Shown here piece after piece: positions 37,252-47,037 of a stretch of DNA of 53,870 bases. This DNA comes from a virus, in the IMG/VR virus record IMGVR_UViG_3300037842_000514. The stretch is one strand, 5' to 3'. Below the pieces are notes generated by a model. That model was not told where the DNA came from and searched no databases. It saw nothing but the letters and a program-made list of their open reading frames with translations. How positions within the stretch are numbered: the first letter of the stretch is position 1; each line of letters begins with the position of its first letter. The position numbers and the translations under genes were made by a program.

Positions 37252-38017
37252 AAAAAAACTGGACCGTCATTGGGACAGTCACCTCCTCTTCGTACCCACA
37301 AAGGGAGCATTCGAAGTTATAAGACATGTCAATATCAGGAGTCATACATTGTATATATTCTCTAAATGCAAATGAATCTCTTGATAGAAAATCATTATCG
37401 ACAAATTGATTAATTTTTTGTTGGTTAACTTCACCATCAACAGATACTATGATCTTTTTCATACGTGTAGTAACCTCAGAATCTATTCGAGATCCTTTCA
37501 TTATCTTTTTTAACGCGTTCAATTCTTGACTAATTTCACGCTCATCTGCTTGAGTTAAAAACTTAAATTTAATATTACGTTTAGAGTGTGGAAGATTGAA
37601 TTCAAATTCATTTCTACCTTTTTCTAAATCATCAAATTTAACATTTTTATCTTCTAAACTAGTTAGATCAATAGAATCTCGGTTATGCTCAGCACAAGCT
37701 GAACAATTAGTCTCAAAAGCGTATTCTTTACCATAAGCTAATATACGAGCAGCGACCATTATAGCATTCTTATCACCTATAATAATATCATTTAAATTGA
37801 TATCTTTATTCACTACTAATGACTCTAATAATTTATCAATAACGATACCCTTCTTTATCAAATTCTGAGATGTTAGAATATCCTCATCTTTTGCTGTTGG
37901 GTATCTTAGTTCAATTTCCCCACTTACTAATGGACTATCACTGGAATAGAAATACCCTTTAGATGGTAAACTAACAACTTCAGTAGGAAACTGAGGTTTA
38001 TTACTTTGTTCAGACAT
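37232..38017 (-). CDS. tail assembly chaperone / baseplate hub assembly protein (gp26-like)
   Basis: LPSKG.FY, PTAKDEDILT, GDKNAIM.AARI, C..C, ending QFFWP; upstream of the tape measure gene. Confidence 0.7.
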   Translation of the reverse strand: MSEQSNKPQFPTEVVSLPSKGYFYSSDSPLVSGEIELRYPTAKDEDILTSQNLIKKGIVIDKLLESLVVNKDINLNDIIIGDKNAIMVAARILAYGKEYAFETNCSACAEHNRDSIDLTSLEDKNVKFDDLEKGRNEFEFNLPHSKRNIKFKFLTQADEREISQELNALKKIMKGSRIDSEVTTRMKKIIVSVDGEVNQQKINQFVDNDFLSRDSFAFREYIQCMTPDIDMSYNFECSLCGYEEEVTVPMTVQFFWPKTRR

Positions 38018-38103
38018 ATTAATGTCTCCTTATGTTTGGTTGTTTTGGTTAATAACTATTTTCTGTAACTATTAATTACAGTGTACTAAAACTATATGTA
38101 GTT

Positions 38104-38349
38104 TTATTTAATATATTTTTTTATAGCTTTAATAAAATCGTTTTTTGCACCTGGTCCAAATTCAGTTTTAATTAGGAAACCTACAGCACGTGCTGTTTCG
38201 TCCAAATTAGCACCATCTTTCTTATCAGCTTTTTCAAATCCAGCTTTAAGGCCTTTATATATCCAAGTCCAAGTTGATTCATTTTCTTCATTCAGAGTTT
38301 TAATCTCTTCTTTTATCATATTTCGTAATTGTGTTTTAGTTATTTTCAT
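38104..38349 (-). CDS. hypothetical protein with the MKITKTQLR leader
   Basis: Leader followed by TLNE. Confidence 0.65.
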   Translation of the reverse strand: MKITKTQLRNMIKEEIKTLNEENESTWTWIYKGLKAGFEKADKKDGANLDETARAVGFLIKTEFGPGAKNDFIKAIKKYIK

Positions 38350-38380
38350 TTTATTTCATAGTTTTGTAACTAAATACTAA

Positions 38381-38710
38381 TTACATGTTATCGAAATCGA
38401 TTATTTTTGATGCTGGCTGTGCCACCTTAACATATGCTGCTATTTCTTTTTTAAATGATTCGTATGATTTTTCAAGCTTTCCATATTGTTTTAATGCTTT
38501 ATCTATAGGGCCCACACTTTTCCCCTTAATGATAGCTTTTTGTTCTTTTGCATATTCAAAAGTATACCCATCTATATATTCGTCACTTAGAAATGCATCC
38601 AAATCATTCCATATTGAATTAGATATACTTGATACTTTATCTTCATTTAATAGTTCTTCTCTGATAATTTGTTTTAATTTTGTTTTAGTTAATTCCAATA
38701 ATGTCTTCAT
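38381..38710 (-). CDS. hypothetical protein with a leader variant
   Basis: LTKTKLKQIIREELLNE. Confidence 0.65.
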   Translation of the reverse strand: MKTLLELTKTKLKQIIREELLNEDKVSSISNSIWNDLDAFLSDEYIDGYTFEYAKEQKAIIKGKSVGPIDKALKQYGKLEKSYESFKKEIAAYVKVAQPASKIIDFDNM

Positions 38711-38949
38711 TTTATTCTCCCTATTATTTTAGTCAGCCGAGATATCATATCCAACATCCCAGGTACAGTTCTATAGTATTTTTCAGCCCATCCTTCTACT
38801 TTACCTTTATATTTAGTTGCATTGAAAATCTCATTTCTCAACGTATTCAACCCATCAACTAACATCTTAGGTGCATCATCGGGATCTATATAAGCTTCAG
38901 TTACTTCTTCTTTGATTATTTGTCTTAATTGTGTTTTAGTTATTTTCAT
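38707..38949 (-). CDS. hypothetical protein with the MKITKTQLR leader
   Basis: Leader followed by VTE. Confidence 0.65.
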   Translation of the reverse strand: MKITKTQLRQIIKEEVTEAYIDPDDAPKMLVDGLNTLRNEIFNATKYKGKVEGWAEKYYRTVPGMLDMISRLTKIIGRIK

Positions 38950-39134
38950 TTTGATTTCCCCATCATTATTTCATGTCTTAACTTTTCAAGTTTCTTAATC
39001 CACTTATTTAGTGAATCAATCATATAATTCTTATTTATATCTTTGTTTTGTATTTCGGTGTGCCATCGTTTTAATAAAGTAGAAATACTAAACAAAGAGT
39101 CCAAATAGGACTTTTTATTTTCTGTAAAGGGCAT
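38946..39134 (-). CDS. hypothetical protein
   Basis: 62 aa; stop overlaps the next start (ATGA). Confidence 0.55.
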   Translation of the reverse strand: MPFTENKKSYLDSLFSISTLLKRWHTEIQNKDINKNYMIDSLNKWIKKLEKLRHEIMMGKSK

Positions 39135-39142
39135 TTTAGGCC

Positions 39143-39739
39143 TTAATACAGTTTCCCAATTTTATTGGATAATTTCACCAATTTTTCACTAATCTTGCCC
39201 ATGGCTTTGTGAGTGTTTTTCCAGTAGCTTCTGGAATCAATGGACAGCTCGGTTTTTAGTTTGACATTCATCTTAACTAACTTATCTAACTCATTTAGTT
39301 TATCACGGACTTCTCTCATTGACTGACCAATTTTTTGTTTAGCACTCATCGATTCATCATTTCTGTAATCATGATACTTTCCCTCTCTTACTTTTGATTT
39401 GTGATTTTTCATGATACCAGCTAAAGTTGGAAGTGGATCACCGAATTTCCTGTTGGTAAATCCTGGAGTTTTTGATTCGTTTATAGACTCTTTTCTCAAT
39501 TTTGGGTTCTTTGTGACATATAAACCAGTTCCACGAGTTGGTTCTTCGTGACCTTTCGTGTATCCAGCCTTTCCTTTTTTAGTACCCTTTTTATTACTAC
39601 CACTGAAAGCGTGTGGTGTATTATAACTACCACCTACACTTGCAGTTGAATTTGCCTCATCTAATTCTTGTTTAATAAGTTCACGGACGAGTTTTCGTAT
39701 TAGACTTTCCCTATTTAACGACATTTCTAAGTTCTCCAA
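39143..39739 (-). CDS. putative prohead core/internal head protein
   Basis: Downstream of the portal; several (I/L/V)xE sites; LIRKLVRELIKQELDE. Confidence 0.45.
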   Translation of the reverse strand: MENLEMSLNRESLIRKLVRELIKQELDEANSTASVGGSYNTPHAFSGSNKKGTKKGKAGYTKGHEEPTRGTGLYVTKNPKLRKESINESKTPGFTNRKFGDPLPTLAGIMKNHKSKVREGKYHDYRNDESMSAKQKIGQSMREVRDKLNELDKLVKMNVKLKTELSIDSRSYWKNTHKAMGKISEKLVKLSNKIGKLY

Positions 39740-40577
39740 TAAGTGAATAATATCTCATTAGTGATACAACCTGCTTATCTCTAACAATTTTACCTTTTGT
39801 TAGAGTATCAGCTTGTGCTATAGATTCTTTTAACTTAATTTTAGTAATTTTATCAGTAATCTTTGGTAGTGATTTAGTCAAAATCTCTTTTACCTTTTTA
39901 ACTTCACCGTTGATAAATTCTCTTAATGAATTTGTATTAGAAATGTTATTTACATATTCTTTTAATAGATTTCGTTGCATTGAATTAAGAGTTTTATATT
40001 TACCATTAAAATTATCCACCATTAACTGATAAGACAACAATCGTAAATCTGTATCTTCTTTTTTGAATTTAGCAAGAGTTTTATTGTCTGTATTTCTCGG
40101 TTTTGTTTTATTTCGTGTGATGTGTTCCATTATAGTAAATGTACTATTTACTTCATCTGCTGGATCAAATACCGGAGTAGTTTCTGCAAGAAATGACTTA
40201 TATATTGAAGCATATACCTTGTAATTAGGTATTCTCACATTAAAAAAATCTTCTACTTTATAATTTTCTTTAATTTTCTTAATTAAATTATATTTTTCAG
40301 TTCGTAATTTTTTGTTCTGTAGTTTTTCCCTTGACTTTAAAACTACTTCAAGTAATTTTTCAGCTTTCCGTGGTGAATTATAATTTTCCTTTAATAAAAC
40401 TTGATAGAGTTGATTCTCTTTACCTAACTCCGTTCCCTCATTGAAAAATTTCTTTAAAATTTCAACTGATTTGCTTTTCGCATTATCATTCATCACGTCT
40501 ACTGTGATCTGACGAGATAGTAATTCGAAAAGTATCCCAGTATTCTTAATTTTACTATGACGTACTCTTTGACTCAT
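39711..40577 (-). CDS. head-module protein (putative prohead core)
   Basis: Directly after the portal; RHSKIKNTGILFELL.RQIT. Confidence 0.5.
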   Translation of the reverse strand: MSQRVRHSKIKNTGILFELLSRQITVDVMNDNAKSKSVEILKKFFNEGTELGKENQLYQVLLKENYNSPRKAEKLLEVVLKSREKLQNKKLRTEKYNLIKKIKENYKVEDFFNVRIPNYKVYASIYKSFLAETTPVFDPADEVNSTFTIMEHITRNKTKPRNTDNKTLAKFKKEDTDLRLLSYQLMVDNFNGKYKTLNSMQRNLLKEYVNNISNTNSLREFINGEVKKVKEILTKSLPKITDKITKIKLKESIAQADTLTKGKIVRDKQVVSLMRYYSLIGELRNVVK

Positions 40578-40634
40578 AATTTAACTCCTAAATAAGTATA
40601 TTTCTTCATCTATAAATATAAAAACTTCTAATAA

Positions 40635-42494
40635 TCAATCATTTATTTCGTTACTTAACGATGATGATAATTCATTTTTATATTCTTCTTCTACATCACT
40701 AGCTTCAAATAAAATCTTCCTATCTTCTTTACCAATTTTACCTAAACTTTTCTTTAATGTATCGTAGTGTGCTAATGCGAGTCCATATTTCGGACTACCA
40801 CTACTTGCCTTTCTTTTATCATGTGACCCTAATGGATCACGACCTCTGATACTCGAATCTTTACCATATTTTGGACCTTCTTTTGGACGACCACTTCCTG
40901 GCCAACCGTCGTCTGGCATTTCCATATCTAATTCTTTTCCGGTTCTCCCAAATGGACTACCACCACCTTGTTGATCTTGACCTGCCATAGCACCTTGAGT
41001 TCCAACTGCTTCCTCACTTTGAACTGGGTCATTTCCCTCTTGTTCTATCTGATCCCATCTGAATTTACGTTTTTGGTCTTTAATAATACCGAGTCTAACA
41101 TTCTTCTTCTCTTCTTCTGTAAACTTGAAAATGTTATTGTAAATCCATTCTGTATCTGCTATTTTGGAGTCCATCATACTTGACGCAAGACTTTGTTTGT
41201 TGTTCCATAACTCTATCTTTTCTTCTTCGTATATTGTGGATGGGTTTGTAAGTTTCAATTCAAAATTGACTAGGTCAGCGTCAGTATAACCTTGTGCATA
41301 TAAATGAACGATACCAATTTTAGTTAATTCACTTGTTACTATTCGTTGGAGTCGTTCTATTGTTCTTGCGAAACGAACATCTTCGGCTGCAAGAGTAGCT
41401 TTTCCACTTACGTTTTCATCATAACCAAGAAATGGTTTTGGGATTTTTAATGCTGCTAGGAGTTTATTTCTCAAATACTCTATATCGTCCACAGCTTCGT
41501 ATGTAAGACCACTTAAAGTTTCTATTGACGTTCCACTATCGCCACCACGAACAGGGATAAAAAAGTCCTCTGTAAGATTTTGGATGTTGTATTTTAAATT
41601 GTAATCACCAGTTGCTGTATCCATAACTGGAGCTTTCTTCATTTTATTTGTAACTTTTTGCATGAAGTTATCAACTTCTGCAGGTGGGATGTTTCCAATG
41701 TCAAATTTGAAAATTCTCTTTTCTGGTGCTCTCATAATACGATGGATTAACATAGCGTCTTCCATAAGTGAAAGTTGTTTCCAGATTTTACGACCACCTT
41801 CAATCATACTTTTACCATAAGGTAGGAAATTTGAATCTGATAGTAATCTGAAATGTGCCATTTCATAATTTTCCAATTCTTTGTTGCCATTCATATTTGA
41901 ACTATGTCTCGCGTCACCGTGCTCCACTACGAACTGTGTCATGTATGGATTATCTGGATCTTCACCCTCTATACGAGTAACATCATACGCTGAAAGTGGT
42001 ACTATATTTGTAATGCCATATTTTTCCTTAATATCCAAATAAAGATAGAAGTCACCGTATTTGCACATATTACGAACCCATGGCCAGAGATTGAATTCTA
42101 TATTCAAAACATCGTAATATAAATTATGTAATATATCATGAATATTTTCATTTTCAGATCTAATTTCTAACACTTTACCATATTCGGATCGTAACGTACT
42201 TTCATCAGCATAAATATCCAATGCACTTGACAGGATTGCGTCATTATCCATTTCTTCATAATCTTTGAATAATCCAAGACGTTGTGCTTGGAAACTAATT
42301 GCTTGAGCGTGTCCATATCCACCAGTTGTTAAATTGGTGTGTATTCTGGACCATCTGTCCACAAGACTGTTTCTTGTAGCGTTCTGAACTTGGTTTGTAT
42401 CAGCAATTTTTAACTTTTTACCACCAGCGTGTCTAACGATAGCATTTGTGCTGAATAATCGGCGGAGACGGCTCCGTAAACTTTTATCTGCCAT
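40635..42494 (-). CDS. portal protein (T4 gp20-like)
   Basis: CKYGDF, LMEDAMLIHRIMRAPEKRIF.FDIGN, EDFFIP.RG, LAALKIPK, EDVRFA. Confidence 0.95.
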   Translation of the reverse strand: MADKSLRSRLRRLFSTNAIVRHAGGKKLKIADTNQVQNATRNSLVDRWSRIHTNLTTGGYGHAQAISFQAQRLGLFKDYEEMDNDAILSSALDIYADESTLRSEYGKVLEIRSENENIHDILHNLYYDVLNIEFNLWPWVRNMCKYGDFYLYLDIKEKYGITNIVPLSAYDVTRIEGEDPDNPYMTQFVVEHGDARHSSNMNGNKELENYEMAHFRLLSDSNFLPYGKSMIEGGRKIWKQLSLMEDAMLIHRIMRAPEKRIFKFDIGNIPPAEVDNFMQKVTNKMKKAPVMDTATGDYNLKYNIQNLTEDFFIPVRGGDSGTSIETLSGLTYEAVDDIEYLRNKLLAALKIPKPFLGYDENVSGKATLAAEDVRFARTIERLQRIVTSELTKIGIVHLYAQGYTDADLVNFELKLTNPSTIYEEEKIELWNNKQSLASSMMDSKIADTEWIYNNIFKFTEEEKKNVRLGIIKDQKRKFRWDQIEQEGNDPVQSEEAVGTQGAMAGQDQQGGGSPFGRTGKELDMEMPDDGWPGSGRPKEGPKYGKDSSIRGRDPLGSHDKRKASSGSPKYGLALAHYDTLKKSLGKIGKEDRKILFEASDVEEEYKNELSSSLSNEIND

Positions 42495-43275
42495 AACTTA
42501 TATTACTCCTATTTAATTTAATTCGTATAACATCATATCCTAAACTTTCAAGATATGTTTGTCGTTTTATATCCTTCTTTCTTAATTCACCATTCTTAAA
42601 ATGATGACTTTCATCAACTTCTATAATTGTTTTTCTATTTTCATCTAATCCATCTGGATAATATCCACCTATTCTTACTTCACCACCATTTTCTGCGTGT
42701 TGGAAGTTGTAGCCGTTTTCTTTTCCGTAGTTTTCTATTATTTTACAGGCGTCTGGGTTGTAGTTTGGTATCAATTGACCTCCATTTAATTCAGTTCGTT
42801 CAATTCTTCTTATGGCAGATATTCTTTGTTTTTTCTTTGTTTTTTCTGTATGAATGTTTCCAGTATTTGCAATACTTAATTTTTTTCTTGTTTCGTTACT
42901 CACTTCATGACCCATTCTTAATTTACTAAATTCTGGACGTTTCTTTCCATAAAATGGATTATTTTTTCCAGACATTGATATACTTATATTTTTTATATGA
43001 TCTTCAGATAAAATTCTACCTTTCTGTGAGCAACTCCTACACAAACTTTCATTTTTGATTGCTAAGTCTCGTCTATATTTGGTAGTATGTAAAACTTCCA
43101 CAATACATTTTGGACAAAATCTCTCATATTTTTTTTCATTTAAAATTTTCATTTTTCCAATGTGAGAACACGAATTGCAATTAGAATTTATTTTATTTGA
43201 ATAAGTATATCCAGACGTACTTGTATAAGTTAATTTTTTATTACAAGTTGGACAATTTCTTTTATATTCTGCCAT
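42484..43275 (-). mobile_element. free-standing homing endonuclease (Zn-finger, NUMOD3, Vsr/EDxHD-like) between terminase and portal
   Basis: CxxC pairs; GKNNPFYGK; ETRKKLS; YYPDG...IIEVDESHH...KD..RQ. Confidence 0.72.
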
Positions 43276-43287
43276 TTTACCCTCTTA

Positions 43288-44865
43288 TTATTTTATTAAC
43301 CATGTTAAATTTTCTTTTTCTCCAGCAACTTCCATTTCCCAAGAATCATTTCTATTATCCATTGGTTGGTAAACTGCTTCGTAATCTAATGTTCTACTTA
43401 ATACATCTTTCTGTAATGCTATTCCTTCTGATTTTAATCTTAATGCTGTATCTCTAACCCACATACCTATTGCAAGACTGATTGAAAGATCATCATTATA
43501 TCCTTCCATTGCCTGTGCCTTAAAATTGTGGTAAATAAATACAAACAATTCTTCTATCAATCTAGATGAATGAACTATTACAGTTTTTTCTCTAAAATAC
43601 TCTTCTAATTTTGCTATTACTAATGGTCGTGTTTTCATGGTCATACTGAAACCCGGGACCATCTTTTGATCCATATTTCTATATTTATTTGATATTTGAC
43701 GCTGAACATCCACGTAGTGTAAATCCTTACTCGTATAAAACAAATTATCATAATCTCTGTCTATAACTTGCTGTATTGCTGCCCAACCTATTGATGCATT
43801 TTCAATAACGAGTAACGCGTTGTTATATTCTACTGCAGTATTCATACATAAATTACCAAAATCTTTTGTGGATATTTTTCCTTTATATTCCGCTACTTGT
43901 TCCATTTTCTGTACATCTATTACGTGGAATGCTGAAAAGTCATTACCATCACCACGGGCAACGTCAGCACTCAATACATAATCTTGTGTGTAATCTGGTG
44001 GTCTCCATATCCATAAATTACTATCAAATCCCCTTTTTTCCATTGGTTCTTCAATGTGGGTATTTTTATATTCTTCAAGTATAACACCATCAATTACAGT
44101 TTGACCAGATGTGATGAATGAGCAATCACATTCTTGTGCTGCCATTGAAGGACCTAATAGTTTATCTTGGTCATCTCTCCAATCTTGTTCCCTATCTGGG
44201 TGTACTGTCCAATGGAGTTTAATGAAATTCCAATCATTTTTCCCTTCTTCAGCTCCAGCCCATGTTTTATGAAACCAATTTCCTACTCCATTGGGTGTGC
44301 TTAATGCAATACATTGACCACCAGTAGATAAGGTACTTTGTGCCGCTGTCCATATTGCATCAATTTTTGGAATAAATGAGGCTTCATCGAGTATCAATAA
44401 TGATAATGCTTCTGATCTACCACTATCTTCACCACTGGAAATTGCCTTTACTTGTGAACCATTTGAATATTTTAAAGATAATTTATTATCCTCCGTACAA
44501 CTGGATTTTACCCAATTTGGAAGATTAGCATGCATAACTCGTATTTTTGTTACGAGATTTTTTGCTGTATCCTGTTTGGTAGCAATAACCAATATATTCT
44601 TGTCTGTTTGAAAGGTCATCATCCATAATGAATAACCAGCTACGAGAGTGGATATTCCTAACTGACGAGCTTTGAGAATAATATTATAATTGTGCTTATT
44701 AAAATCTTCTAATGTTTTTTCTTGGAAATCATATAAGGAAAATGGAATTTTACCGTCTATTGGATGTTGAATGACAGCATACTTTTTTAGAAAGTATATT
44801 GGGTCTTTAGCACACTTTATGTATTCGGCTTTTATTATTTCTTTTATGTTTTGGCTATTACTCAT
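43288..44865 (-). CDS. terminase large subunit (T4 gp17-like)
   Basis: LKARQLGIST, LILDEA, STPNG, SADVARG.G.D, NDDL. Confidence 0.95.
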   Translation of the reverse strand: MSNSQNIKEIIKAEYIKCAKDPIYFLKKYAVIQHPIDGKIPFSLYDFQEKTLEDFNKHNYNIILKARQLGISTLVAGYSLWMMTFQTDKNILVIATKQDTAKNLVTKIRVMHANLPNWVKSSCTEDNKLSLKYSNGSQVKAISSGEDSGRSEALSLLILDEASFIPKIDAIWTAAQSTLSTGGQCIALSTPNGVGNWFHKTWAGAEEGKNDWNFIKLHWTVHPDREQDWRDDQDKLLGPSMAAQECDCSFITSGQTVIDGVILEEYKNTHIEEPMEKRGFDSNLWIWRPPDYTQDYVLSADVARGDGNDFSAFHVIDVQKMEQVAEYKGKISTKDFGNLCMNTAVEYNNALLVIENASIGWAAIQQVIDRDYDNLFYTSKDLHYVDVQRQISNKYRNMDQKMVPGFSMTMKTRPLVIAKLEEYFREKTVIVHSSRLIEELFVFIYHNFKAQAMEGYNDDLSISLAIGMWVRDTALRLKSEGIALQKDVLSRTLDYEAVYQPMDNRNDSWEMEVAGEKENLTWLIK

Positions 44866-45240
44866 TTACTTTGATACTTCCACAATTTTTATTCCAAAAT
44901 ACGTAGGTATAATTATAGATGCTGCTCCGTATGTGAAATATAGCCATTTATTTTCATACCACGAAGGCTTGGAAAGTTTCACTTGTTTTTCCAATAAATC
45001 ATTACGTTCTTCTAATAATCCAATCTGTTCATCTTTCTTTAATAATAAAGTAGAATCGGTTTTAGCCTGTTCATTATAACCAACCAGTAATTCTTCGTAT
45101 ATTCCAAGTTGCACAGATTTAGTGCTATCAGAATACTGAAGTTCTTTTATTTGATTTGCTATAGCCACTACCTGTTCGTCTGTAAAAGTCTGTTGCCCGA
45201 ACAGAACAGTGGATAATAATACTATCCAAATATATTTCAT
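44866..45240 (-). CDS. protein with signal peptide, coiled coil and C-terminal TM (spanin-like?)
   Basis: Hydrophobic N-terminus; C-terminal WLYFTYGAASIII. Confidence 0.4.
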   Translation of the reverse strand: MKYIWIVLLSTVLFGQQTFTDEQVVAIANQIKELQYSDSTKSVQLGIYEELLVGYNEQAKTDSTLLLKKDEQIGLLEERNDLLEKQVKLSKPSWYENKWLYFTYGAASIIIPTYFGIKIVEVSK

Positions 45241-45241
45241 A

Positions 45242-45520
45242 TTATCTATGTAATACGTAGACTACGCCGGTTTCACCAATTACTACTTTGTTTACTCCAA
45301 TTGGATATAGTGTTTTCGTGTTTAATACTGTCGATGGTAGTGTTCCACCACCTGATCCGTGAACAACCACGTTTGTAGTATTTTCAACTATAAATGCAGC
45401 TCCAGCGTTTGATCCAGTGAATTCTACTGTTGTACTCGATAGTACTTTTGTTATACCATTGTAATCACCAAGCTTTTGGTCTGTTGGTAATGATCTGAAC
45501 ATTGTCCCTGCATCTGCCAT
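45242..45520 (-). CDS. hypothetical protein, beta-rich
   Basis: 92 aa; GGAG RBS. Confidence 0.6.
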   Translation of the reverse strand: MADAGTMFRSLPTDQKLGDYNGITKVLSSTTVEFTGSNAGAAFIVENTTNVVVHGSGGGTLPSTVLNTKTLYPIGVNKVVIGETGVVYVLHR

Positions 45521-45541
45521 TTAATTTCTCCTTATATATAA

Positions 45542-45856
45542 TTATTTACTTTTGGAAAATTTCCTTAAAAATTCTGCTGCATCATCTGCGTCATCATTTT
45601 CAAAGGCTGTTTCCATTTTCTGGACATCTTTTTTAGTTTTAGTCAATTTCCGTTTTAATTTTGTTATTTCTTTCTTGTTTTTCTTCTTATTTTTCTGTAA
45701 AGTTTTTATTTCTTTTAGTACCACTTCTTCTTTTTTCTTGTTCTCTTTAATAACCCTCTTCAACTCTTTGGCTTCTTTTGATTTTTTTGCACTCAGTAAT
45801 GTGCTCAACCCGAAAAGTCCTAAAATCGCAATAATTAACTTCTTTAACCATTCCAT
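45542..45856 (-). CDS. membrane-anchored coiled-coil protein
   Basis: N-terminal TM followed by a Lys-rich coiled coil. Confidence 0.5.
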   Translation of the reverse strand: MEWLKKLIIAILGLFGLSTLLSAKKSKEAKELKRVIKENKKKEEVVLKEIKTLQKNKKKNKKEITKLKRKLTKTKKDVQKMETAFENDDADDAAEFLRKFSKSK

Positions 45857-46164
45857 TATTCCATCTCCATTATTTTTTTATAAGTAGACTTACCTTCTAA
45901 CTTCTTAGTTTTTGACGGTTCATCAAATTCACTATCCATTGGTTCTTTATATTTACCATATCCTTCACTATCACGTTTTATGTCCTCAGTAAAACCTTTG
46001 TCGAAAATATTTACAGTTTTAAAAAGTCTAAATTTAAGTGCTGGGCGATCATTTATCAATAAATCCCCCTTTTCATTCCATTTAATAGATTTAATTACTA
46101 CTGGCTTATTCTTAAATTTACCCATTTTTACAGTGTCGCCTTTTTTAATCGGTAATTCAATCAT
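45856..46164 (-). CDS. hypothetical protein (GDTVKMGKFKN family)
   Basis: 102 aa; start overlaps the endonuclease stop. Confidence 0.6.
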   Translation of the reverse strand: MIELPIKKGDTVKMGKFKNKPVVIKSIKWNEKGDLLINDRPALKFRLFKTVNIFDKGFTEDIKRDSEGYGKYKEPMDSEFDEPSKTKKLEGKSTYKKIMEME

Positions 46165-46952
46165 TTTTTGCTCCTACAATTATTGAAATGATATCGTTTC
46201 ATATTAGTTACTCCTCCAGTTTTATCACAGTTAGGACAAGTATCTATTTTTTGTTTATGTATCCGTCCACAATTTTCAAAATGATATCGATGCATCAAAT
46301 TTATTCCACCAACTACACCACATGATGGGCATTCAACTCTTGAAAATTTCATACCTGTTCTGCCAATGCTCATATTTCGACATCGTTCTTTAGATAATGG
46401 TATGCCCATTAACGCATCACTAATACTTTTACGATGAGATTCTGTTAATTTTTTTTCAGTAAGACCTTTGCTAATATTATTACAATGTTCTTCAGATTTA
46501 GTTACTCCAAACATTGTCTTACTAATATTTTTACGATGTTCATCAGATAAATTTCTACCCAGCAAGCCTTTACTAATATTCATAGAATGTTCTTTAGAAC
46601 GAATTCTTCCTTTTAATGATTTGCCTTTTTTCTTATTTGATTCTTCCGAAAAAATATGATTAAATCCACCATTAGTCATATTATATCCGGTTCCCTCATC
46701 CATAAAAGTATTATATTCTTTAATATAATATGATTCCATTTTATTTAACTCATCCATAGAATTACACTCACATATAATACCCCACTTAAAATTTTCTATG
46801 CCATATTTACGAAGTGCATTATGAAAATAAAAATTTGAATTTCCATTAAATGCGCTCTGGCAATGACCTTTTTTTCTATCTTCCAATGTCTTAATCGTCT
46901 GACCAATATAAGATTTATCATTTATTTCATTGTGTGCTCGATAAATAATCAT
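46161..46952 (-). mobile_element. free-standing GIY-YIG homing endonuclease with NUMOD3 repeats (Seg-like)
   Basis: IIYRAHN..NDKSYIGQT, LNKMESYYI, GYNMT.GG; repeated HxxxISxxL.G units. Confidence 0.85.
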
Positions 46953-46953
46953 T

Positions 46954-47037
46954 TTAATTTCTCCAGCTTATCATGAGATTTTTGAACTTCCCCGTTTTGA
47001 TCACATCTCCCACGGAAACATCTATTGTAATTGCCAT
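46954..47037 (-). pseudogene. 27-codon truncated paralog of the N-terminus of 45856-46164
   Basis: MAITIDVSVGDVIKTGKFKN-LMISWRN* versus MIELPIKKGDTVKMGKFKN. Confidence 0.65.

Noticed and set aside
37247-37258. Classic -1 frameshift at the T run
   Set aside because: The -1 frame reads TTG GCC TAA and stops immediately.
44866-45856. Firm spanin/holin assignment for the membrane proteins
   Set aside because: No lipobox Cys and no endolysin in the window; only topology supports it.
46161-46952. GIY-YIG gene as part of a group I intron
   Set aside because: No P/Q/R/S elements seen in the flanks, and the downstream gene has its own complete start, so splicing is unnecessary.
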